This document shows positions 9,513 to 16,627 of a DNA stretch of 40,461 nucleotides, piece after piece. The position numbers and the translations under genes are program-made. Source of the stretch: a virus (lineage: Duplodnaviria > Caudoviricetes); IMG/VR virus record IMGVR_UViG_3300014638_000005, positions 1-40,461 of that record; one strand, given 5' to 3'. Position 1 is the first letter of the stretch. Each line of letters begins with the position of its first letter. Below the pieces are notes generated by a model, which worked only from the letters and a program-made list of their open reading frames with translations, was not told the DNA's origin and ran no database searches.

Positions 9513-10412
9513 TCAAATCTGAATCAATGCGCAGGAACCCTGGAAGTTGTAGACCGCGAAACCAGTCGAAGCGGTGTAGACGACGACCTCGCTGTTCCCC
9601 GACTCGATCGCCAGGACCTTGACCGGGAGCGCCGCAGAGGCCGCGCCGCCGACCGTGGCGCTGCCGCCGGTGATCGTCGCCGCGCCGGCCGCGACGGGAC
9701 CTTGCAGGGTGACGGCCGTCCCGGAAGCGGTGAGCGCCGTCCAAGTACCGTCGAGCGAGGCGAAGGCGCCGGTCCCGGTGAGCGCGGAAAGCGTGACCGA
9801 GTCGCCGGCGTCGAAGGTCACCGGAGCCGACATCACCAGCGTGATGACGCCTGTCGCCGAGACGTAGGTGCCGGACGAGATCGTCAGCGTCCCGAGGTAC
9901 GGGACGAGAAGCTGGTTCGTGAAGTCCCAAGAGACCTGCGGGGCCGACGGGCCGCCGCGAAGGTCGACCAGCGACGGGTCGGCGGCGACGACGACGCGCG
10001 CCAGCGAGCCGAGCGGGTAGAAGTTGACCTGCATCCCCGAGCCAGCGAGCGGGACGGTGGATTGCGGCGAGGTGATCATGCCGTAGGCCTCGTCCGTCAC
10101 CGAGAAGCCGGCGAGCGGCTTGCTGGCGTCCGTCAGGCTCACCGCGCGACCGAGGATCGGGCCGAGGGCGACGTTCGGGACGCCGGGGCTGCCAACCGTG
10201 CCGGCGGCACCGCCAGGGACGTCGGAGTAAACGCCGACGCCGCCCCACATCGGGAGCGTTTCCGTCGAGGCCAAGAAGCCAGCCCGCAGGCGGAAGCGCG
10301 TCGAGGGGTCGGCCATCGCCGTGCCCTGACGGAAGCCTGATGCCTGGACGCTGAAAAGACCGGCGTTGCCGACGGACTGAACGTAGGGCTGGATCGTGAC
10401 GGAGGCGACCAT
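9513..10412 (-). CDS. Capsid decoration/cement-like structural protein
   Basis: QGTAMADP..RFRL, ETLPMWGGVG, VSWDF motifs; position immediately before the capsid gene; AGGAG SD. Confidence 0.7.
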   Translation of the reverse strand: MVASVTIQPYVQSVGNAGLFSVQASGFRQGTAMADPSTRFRLRAGFLASTETLPMWGGVGVYSDVPGGAAGTVGSPGVPNVALGPILGRAVSLTDASKPLAGFSVTDEAYGMITSPQSTVPLAGSGMQVNFYPLGSLARVVVAADPSLVDLRGGPSAPQVSWDFTNQLLVPYLGTLTISSGTYVSATGVITLVMSAPVTFDAGDSVTLSALTGTGAFASLDGTWTALTASGTAVTLQGPVAAGAATITGGSATVGGAASAALPVKVLAIESGNSEVVVYTASTGFAVYNFQGSCALIQI

Positions 10413-10469
10413 TGGGTTCTGCTCCTGAATTGCGCCTTAAACGGTTTCCCTGTTGACCTTCGTCTCTCG

Positions 10470-12491
10470 TCAGTTCGCCCGGTTGCCGAGGTTGTCGTGC
10501 AGGAACCGGCCGGTCGCCTTGAGACCGGTCTGGCCCGCGAAGCGGTCCATCCAATCCTTCGGCTGGCCCTTGAACTCGCGGACGATGTGCCCGTCCCTCC
10601 GGCGCTCCGTCATCCGGAGTTCTCCGGGCTTGACGTTGACCGGCATCGCCGAGGCGATGGCGGCCTCCGCGAGGATCTGGCTCTCGACGATCGAGAACGA
10701 GGCGTCGTCGGCATAGGCGGCGCTGCTGAGGTCGATCATCATCTCGCCCTTGTCGTTCTTCTTGCCCCACGTCGAGCTGTAGGGCTGGAGAACCTGCGCG
10801 GCGCGGCGCCGATACCTGATCGAGCTTTCGCCCGGCATGTGGCGAGGCGTCGACAGACCCAGAGCGACGCAGGCGTCGTCCGCGCGCGCCCAAGCATCGG
10901 CGACCCGCGAATGGTCGTCGTCGGGGAGCGGGATGATCTTCTCGTCGTGATTCTTCACGGCCGCCTCGACGCGGGAGATGCGCTTCTGCATGTCCTCGAC
11001 GGAGTCGGCGCGGGCGTCGGCCTTCGCGTCGTCCTTGGCATCTTTCTTCGCGTCGTCTTTGGCGTCCTTTTTGGCGTCCTTCTTGTCGGCGGCGGTCTCC
11101 TCCGCGCCGGTCTCCTTGTCGGTCTCGTCCTTCTTCGCGGCGTCCTTGCGGGCGTCCTCGCGCTTTTTCTCGCCTTCCTCCCAAGCGTCCATGCGCTTGC
11201 CGAGGCCGCCGATCGTGTCGGTGATCGACTTCAGGGCGTCCATGATGCCGCCCATCCCCTCGTCTTTTTTCGCGTCCTTGCGGGCGTCGTCTTTGGACTC
11301 TTCCTTTTTCTCGGATTCGTCCTTCTTGGCGTCGGCCTTCATGTCCTTCTTGGCCGCGTCGTCCTTCGCGGTATCCTTCTTGGCATCGTCCTTGGTCTCT
11401 TCCTTTTTGGTCTCTTCGTCGGCCATTGCTGAGTCCTCTCTCGCTTCGGAACGGATGCCGCTCGGTTCTTCGCCCTTGTCCCAAACGCCTAACTGGCAGA
11501 TCGCGACGTGGTCGAAGAGGCTCGGGTCTCCCTCGATGAGAACCTTTCCGACCTCCTCGACGTGCAGAACCCGGTTAACGCGAGGGTTCGCGAAGTTCAC
11601 GCCTGGAGATGTAGAAAGTTCCTCCTCATCGAGGAGCTTGTTGGCGGCGTCGTCGTAGATTTTGGCGATGCCCCAAAGCTCATCGCCCGCAACATACGGC
11701 AAAAAAATCGTCCCCACAATACGGTTGCCGAACTCCTCGGAGTCCAGCAGCGCCTTCTTGGGGTGCTTCAGGATGACGGGAAGGCCGTTACAGCGCGCCA
11801 GCGCGTCCGGCGTCAGCCAGTGCTCGCCGTCGCGGTAGACGTGCTCGTCGTGCTTCGGGCGGAACGAGGCACCGATCCCGGTGATGCGAATCGCCCATAG
11901 CGTGACGTTCTCGTACCGCTGCGGGGACACCAGCCGGCCGTCGGCGATGGCGCGGGCAACGTCGAGTTCGTTCATCCCCAAGCGGTCGAGCGCGATCGCG
12001 CAGCCGGGGTGAAGCGGCTGCGGCGGGGCGTCTATCGGCGCCCAGCAGAAGCCGTCGTGCTCGTCGTTGAGCTCCGGGACAAATTCATTCGTTACTTTCA
12101 GCAGATAAGTCGAATAATCCACTTCGCCGTTCGGCGCGGCGCTAGAGATGTCGGCCGCAAGAGAACCCGGAAGGGCTCCAGTAATTCCCGCCGGAGGGGT
12201 CGCCGGCGGGCCACCGTCAACAGGGAAGTCAACCAGCGGCCCGCCGACCCCCGCCACGCCTTTCAGCGCGGAGCCGGATCGGGTTCGAGTGTGAAGCGTC
12301 AGCGTTCCTTCGGGGACGAAGCCGGTCTCCTCGCGGCATTCCCGGCGCGCGGTTTCCTCGGGCGATTCGTCACCTTCCTGGCCGCCGCCGGGGAAATCGT
12401 AGCAGCTCGGGCAATCGGGTGCTGTCGCCGTCCGGTGAAGGAACAGCGCCTTGCCGTTCATGGAGATGAGCAAAATACCGGCGGCTTTCAT
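10470..12491 (-). CDS. Nudix hydrolase + DUF2213-type prohead protease + scaffold fusion
   Basis: ATG coupled to upstream TGA; Nudix box [22 protein letters not shown]; [28 protein letters not shown]; acidic/Lys-rich scaffold tail. Confidence 0.8.
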   Translation of the reverse strand: MKAAGILLISMNGKALFLHRTATAPDCPSCYDFPGGGQEGDESPEETARRECREETGFVPEGTLTLHTRTRSGSALKGVAGVGGPLVDFPVDGGPPATPPAGITGALPGSLAADISSAAPNGEVDYSTYLLKVTNEFVPELNDEHDGFCWAPIDAPPQPLHPGCAIALDRLGMNELDVARAIADGRLVSPQRYENVTLWAIRITGIGASFRPKHDEHVYRDGEHWLTPDALARCNGLPVILKHPKKALLDSEEFGNRIVGTIFLPYVAGDELWGIAKIYDDAANKLLDEEELSTSPGVNFANPRVNRVLHVEEVGKVLIEGDPSLFDHVAICQLGVWDKGEEPSGIRSEAREDSAMADEETKKEETKDDAKKDTAKDDAAKKDMKADAKKDESEKKEESKDDARKDAKKDEGMGGIMDALKSITDTIGGLGKRMDAWEEGEKKREDARKDAAKKDETDKETGAEETAADKKDAKKDAKDDAKKDAKDDAKADARADSVEDMQKRISRVEAAVKNHDEKIIPLPDDDHSRVADAWARADDACVALGLSTPRHMPGESSIRYRRRAAQVLQPYSSTWGKKNDKGEMMIDLSSAAYADDASFSIVESQILAEAAIASAMPVNVKPGELRMTERRRDGHIVREFKGQPKDWMDRFAGQTGLKATGRFLHDNLGNRAN

Positions 12492-12931
12492 TGGCGCGCA
12501 GCGTCCGCCCGGAATCGGTAAGCATCGAACCGCGTGCACAACTCGTCCGCCGCGCAGCCGAGCGCGTCGACGACGGCCTTCAGCTCAGCGGCGGACTGGC
12601 GGCGGTCAAGGTTGCCGGCTTCGTCTAGGCCGGCGGGGATTGAATCCAATCGAACAATCTCATATCCGCCTTCATAAAGGCCCGGAGTAACGATTTTTAC
12701 TTCGATGCGTCCATCGGGGAGAACGCGTGTTACGCGCGCTCTCAGTTTATTGCTCGTCTTCCCGCTTGGAAGTGGCTTGCCCGGTATCATAACGAACTCG
12801 CCAACCGTGGCGTCTTCGCGAGACTTGTTCAGCGCCGCGGCGACCGCCTGCTTCTGCGGGTGACCCGCGTGGACCATTTCGGAGATATTTTTAGAAATTG
12901 TTTCACGGGACGAACCAGATTCTAGCGGCAC
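12488..12931 (-). CDS. Hypothetical head-cluster protein
   Basis: GGAGG SD; N-terminal [26 protein letters not shown] motif common in phage head clusters; central SH3/KOW-like beta segment. Confidence 0.65.
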   Translation of the reverse strand: MPLESGSSRETISKNISEMVHAGHPQKQAVAAALNKSREDATVGEFVMIPGKPLPSGKTSNKLRARVTRVLPDGRIEVKIVTPGLYEGGYEIVRLDSIPAGLDEAGNLDRRQSAAELKAVVDALGCAADELCTRFDAYRFRADAARQ

Positions 12932-13042
12932 AGCCCAACCCTCCGGAACTATCGAGGCGGTTCATGGGTTCCTACCACGATTTCGTAGGGGCGACAAAAT
13001 TCATGTATGGTTGCCCGCCTAACGGCCCAAGGAGGGCTTGCC

Positions 13043-13303
13043 ATGTGCTTCTCGCTGGACTTCCTGAAAAGCATCCTGATCCTTTGCGTCGTCATCGGCG
13101 CGATTATCCTGATCCTCAAGATCATCGTTCCCTACGCCATCACCAAGATGGGCATCGCGCTCGGCGACGGCTGGAACGTCGTCCTCGCGGTCTTCCGCAT
13201 CTTCATCGGTGCGCTGATCGCCATCTTCGTCATCCTCATCGTTTTCGAGATGATCGCCTGCCTCCTGAGTTTCGTGAACATCGAAAGTTTACACTTTCGG
13301 TGA
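13043..13303 (+). CDS. Two-TM membrane protein, antisense to the head operon
   Basis: AAGGAGG SD; two long hydrophobic helices; GC3-biased codons. Confidence 0.7.
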   Translation: MCFSLDFLKSILILCVVIGAIILILKIIVPYAITKMGIALGDGWNVVLAVFRIFIGALIAIFVILIVFEMIACLLSFVNIESLHFR

Positions 13304-13358
13304 TGACGGCCGGGCCTTCGCCGTTGCCGCATAACGGGGTGCCCTCGATATGCCGAGG

Positions 13359-13490
13359 ATGCTGAACCGCCCCGTCTTCACGGCCGAGCAGAAGAAGATC
13401 CTGCTCCTCATCGTCGCCGGCGTCGCGCTGGCGTGCGTCCTGACGTGGCTCACGTCGCTGGTCTGGCCGCCGCCTCACCCGTTCTGGTGA
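13359..13490 (+). CDS. Small single-TM protein (43 aa; not in the ORF track)
   Basis: Manual translation MLNRPVFTAEQKKILLLIVAGVALACVLTWLTSLVWPPPHPFW. Confidence 0.5.
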   Translation: MLNRPVFTAEQKKILLLIVAGVALACVLTWLTSLVWPPPHPFW

Positions 13491-13491
13491 A

Positions 13492-13809
13492 TTAGACAAC
13501 AGCCCCTTGGATTTGGACCGAGGTCAAAACCTGCGGAACGGCTGAGATCGCGACCCCGAGGGTAGCCGTGAAGGTTTGGCCGCCGACGGTCACGGACAGA
13601 TTCACCGTGTCGGCTCCCGGTGCCGTCGCCGCCAGCACGGCGGTCAAGCCACCCGGGGCAACCGTGAACGTGTCGACCGGAGGTGTTGCCGGCGTGTCAG
13701 TCCAAGTCGGAGGTGAATCGGGAATCGGGGTCGTCAGCATCGGGTTGTTGTTCTGGTCGAGGTATTCGATCGAGCAATCGACGCTATGGCCGACGTTTAC
13801 TTGGATCAT
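13492..13809 (-). CDS. Small Ig-like beta-sandwich protein
   Basis: GGAGG SD before MIQVNVG; Thr/Val-rich strands; an alternative start at 13929 is possible. Confidence 0.6.
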   Translation of the reverse strand: MIQVNVGHSVDCSIEYLDQNNNPMLTTPIPDSPPTWTDTPATPPVDTFTVAPGGLTAVLAATAPGADTVNLSVTVGGQTFTATLGVAISAVPQVLTSVQIQGAVV

Positions 13810-13921
13810 GAGACAAATCCTCCAGTGCGGATGAAGTTCGAAGGCGTAACCGTCAACTACCAGGATGACGCGAATGTTCCGCCTGTGACGGTGGCAACGA
13901 TAGTGCAAACGGCGCATCCAT

Positions 13922-15889
13922 TCAAACATTGAACTTCTCGAACCGCTTGAGGATGGCGTCGACCGCGGGGTGGTTGATCTTCGGAGAACCAAGCACGGCG
14001 ATCCGCTGGCGGAAGTTGCGGATGTGCGCCGGCGGCATCCGGCGGGTGTCGTTTATGGTTACCGCCTCGATCCTGGTCAGCGGCTCGCCTTGGGGATGCT
14101 GCTTGCTCGCTGGGGAAAGCTCGGCGATGACGAACTGCCGGTCCTTGAAGTACACGATCTCGTCGTCGCGGTAATTGTTCAGCAGATCGTCGTCGATCGT
14201 CCCGCCGAAGGATAACGGCCTGTCCTTGCAGATGAAGTGCGGCGTCAGGTGAAACGAGTGCATCGCCACCGTGGTTTCGCTATCGTCGTAGCGAAAGAAC
14301 ATCTGCGTCGGGTGCTTCGCCGTCCCGCTCCCCCAGAACATCTGGTCCGTGCAGGGATGCCGGTGCGCCCACACCCAGGCCATGAGGTCGTCGGCCGAAA
14401 CCCCTACCGGGCAGCCCTTCTTGTCCATCAGCGTCCGAATGCCGTTGGACACCCCGACCTTGACCTTGCCGCGCAGCGCGGCGTCGGCGATTCGCACGGT
14501 CTCGACCGAGACGACCGTGTCGGCGTTCAGCAGGATCAGGAGCGCCCCCGGCGGCGTCAGCTCGATCGCCTCCTGGTGCGCCCGCTCGAAGGCCACCCAC
14601 TCGGCCTGGTGGCCGGCGCCAAACCCTCTCCTCACCGGCCGGAAGTTAATCCGCAGTCCGGGGACGGCCGCTCGGAAGGCGGCGCGGTCGTCGGTGTGGA
14701 TGATGAACGTCGCCCTGTACCCCGGCTTCCAGGCCGCGAGCGAGGCGAGGATGGCGGGGAGCGTGAAGCGGGTCGCCAGCTCGACGTAGGGCGGTCCCCA
14801 TGCGGGGATGGCGACGAAGACCTCCCGCGCCGACGGGCCGACGACTTGGGCGCTCGTGCCGGAGCCGAGCATCTGCAAGGTTGCCGCTCTGGCGGCGTCG
14901 ATCTCCGCCTCCGTCATCAGCGGCTTCACCGGCGGCTGGTAATCGTCGGGAAACGCGATCCATGTCGGCGTCGCGAAATAGGACAGCCAACGCCGGTCGT
15001 TGCCCGTCAAGTGGTGGAACTGGTTGCGAAACACCTCCGGCGTCCAGCGCCGCGTGTTGGGTTCCTTCTCCGGCCCCGAAACCTCGATGTAGTCGACGCC
15101 GTCCTCCGCGGTCGGAACGTAGTGCGCGCCGTCGGCCAGGTCGGGGAGCTGGCCGTCTATTGCCACCAGCGGGTTGAAGTTCACGATCCGCGCCAGCACC
15201 GAGGGCGAGAGGTAGACCGGCGCGAGGTTCGGCGCAACGACGCAGGCCTTGTGGGCGGAGACGTAGAGGTAGAGCGTCGAGTAGGGGAAGTCGTTCCGGC
15301 CGTTCTTGATCAGCGGTAAAAACTGAGGGTGAAGGTGCGACATCGCCAGGGCGTTCAGCGCCTTCGGCTCTAGCGCGCAGCCGGCGGCGAGCAGCTCCTC
15401 CTCGACCGCGTCGACGTCGGCGCTGATTCCCCCGCGCAGGATGACTTCGTGGCCCTCCCCGGCGAGCTGGAGCAGGTTGCGGAAGAACCCCCTCGCATAA
15501 ACGTGGTCGGGAACGAGCATGTGGAAAGCCGCCCCCATGCGCTGCGCCATCCCCATCTGGGTCGCCGTCGCCGCGCTGACCAAGGCGAACTTGTCCCCCG
15601 GGTAGGTGATCTCGATGATCTCCGGAGGGATGGTGAGGACGACGGCGTTCTTGAACCGCCGGAGCGCGGTGCCGATCGTTTTGACGTGCGCCGCCTCGGT
15701 GTGGACGACGACGCGCTGGATCGATTCGAGGTTCGCGAGCAGCGACGGGACGCAGAACTTTAGGAATCGGCCGACGTGAAGATCACCCCACACCGCGCAG
15801 CCGAGCATCAGGGGAGCCGGCCTCGCCCGCTTCTCCTCGTCGTGCCACGCGGTGACGAGCCTGTCGAAGTCGGGGTTCGGTGGTCTCAT
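13922..15889 (-). CDS. Tandem-domain glycosyltransferase-like protein
   Basis: Two similar halves: CAVWGDLHV..FLKFCVPSLLA...VPDHVY and AIPAWGPPYV..TRFTLPAILA...NADTVV (GT-A-like start and DxD-like positions). Confidence 0.45.
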   Translation of the reverse strand: MRPPNPDFDRLVTAWHDEEKRARPAPLMLGCAVWGDLHVGRFLKFCVPSLLANLESIQRVVVHTEAAHVKTIGTALRRFKNAVVLTIPPEIIEITYPGDKFALVSAATATQMGMAQRMGAAFHMLVPDHVYARGFFRNLLQLAGEGHEVILRGGISADVDAVEEELLAAGCALEPKALNALAMSHLHPQFLPLIKNGRNDFPYSTLYLYVSAHKACVVAPNLAPVYLSPSVLARIVNFNPLVAIDGQLPDLADGAHYVPTAEDGVDYIEVSGPEKEPNTRRWTPEVFRNQFHHLTGNDRRWLSYFATPTWIAFPDDYQPPVKPLMTEAEIDAARAATLQMLGSGTSAQVVGPSAREVFVAIPAWGPPYVELATRFTLPAILASLAAWKPGYRATFIIHTDDRAAFRAAVPGLRINFRPVRRGFGAGHQAEWVAFERAHQEAIELTPPGALLILLNADTVVSVETVRIADAALRGKVKVGVSNGIRTLMDKKGCPVGVSADDLMAWVWAHRHPCTDQMFWGSGTAKHPTQMFFRYDDSETTVAMHSFHLTPHFICKDRPLSFGGTIDDDLLNNYRDDEIVYFKDRQFVIAELSPASKQHPQGEPLTRIEAVTINDTRRMPPAHIRNFRQRIAVLGSPKINHPAVDAILKRFEKFNV

Positions 15890-15892
15890 GGC

Positions 15893-16627
15893 TCAACCGT
15901 CGCGCGTCGCCTTGATGAAGTAGGCGCCGTCCTTCGACGAGCCCCACTCATTCTCGTTGTTGATGATCGACCGAATGCGATAGGGCAGATCGTGCCGGGA
16001 GAGCCAATCATGCGCCGCTCGTGTGCATCCCTCCCAGGCGTAGTAATCGTCGAGGATCACCGTCGCCCCCCGGGACGTGATCGGCATCAGATGATCGAGG
16101 CAGACCATCGTCGAGTCGTACCAGTCACCGTCGAGTCGGACGAGGGCGAGGGAGGTAATTACCCCGGTAATTACCCCGGTAATTACCGGTAGCACGTCGG
16201 CGAACCATCCCTGATGCACTATGAAGTCCGGCTCCGCGAAGCCGAGCGAGGCCAACGCGGCGTCGACCGATTCGCGTGTCGCCGCGCAGTTGGCGCTGAA
16301 CGCTTGCGCGGTCGGGTCGGCGTAATAGAGGGCTTGGTTTTCTATGGCGTGCTGGCCGTCCCGCTCCGTCGCCGGGGGAAGGCCCTGAAAGCTGTCGACG
16401 AGATGAACCTTGCGCATGACGCCGCCGAACGCCAGCCGCTGCGCCACCAGCAGCGAGAACGCGGACCCGCCGTGCTGGACGCCGCACTCGATGAAGTCGC
16501 CGGGGATCTCTTCCTCGACCGCCCGGACGGCGCGCTCGGCGTTGAACCGAATCGCCGCCTCCGACGTCCCGGTGAACGGCCGGACCGTCTCGTAGACCTC
16601 GCGGAGCTGGTCCTCGCTAAGCATCAC
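15893..16627 (-). CDS. TylF/MycF/NovP-family O-methyltransferase
   Basis: PGDFIECGV..GGS, DSFQGLP, GWF, RLDGDWYDST, ILDDY motifs. Confidence 0.9.
   Translation of the reverse strand: MMLSEDQLREVYETVRPFTGTSEAAIRFNAERAVRAVEEEIPGDFIECGVQHGGSAFSLLVAQRLAFGGVMRKVHLVDSFQGLPPATERDGQHAIENQALYYADPTAQAFSANCAATRESVDAALASLGFAEPDFIVHQGWFADVLPVITGVITGVITSLALVRLDGDWYDSTMVCLDHLMPITSRGATVILDDYYAWEGCTRAAHDWLSRHDLPYRIRSIINNENEWGSSKDGAYFIKATRDG
16154..16187. repeat. 12-bp tandem repeat (GGTAATTACCCC) x ~2.8, in frame (VITGVITGVIT)
   Basis: Directly visible; each unit contains the palindrome GGTAATTACC. Confidence 0.9.

Noticed and set aside
11020-11420. Repetitive DNA as a possible CRISPR or DGR repeat
   Set aside because: Degenerate coding repeats of KDDAKK in the scaffold; no spacer structure and no reverse transcriptase in the window
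9508-11484. 658-aa alternative-frame ORF spanning scaffold and decoration genes
   Set aside because: Arg/Gly-rich frame-shift shadow of GC3-biased genes; no motifs or RBS
12899-12914. Second parS-like site
   Set aside because: Only the half-site TGTTTCACG matches, and it is explained by the SRET peptide
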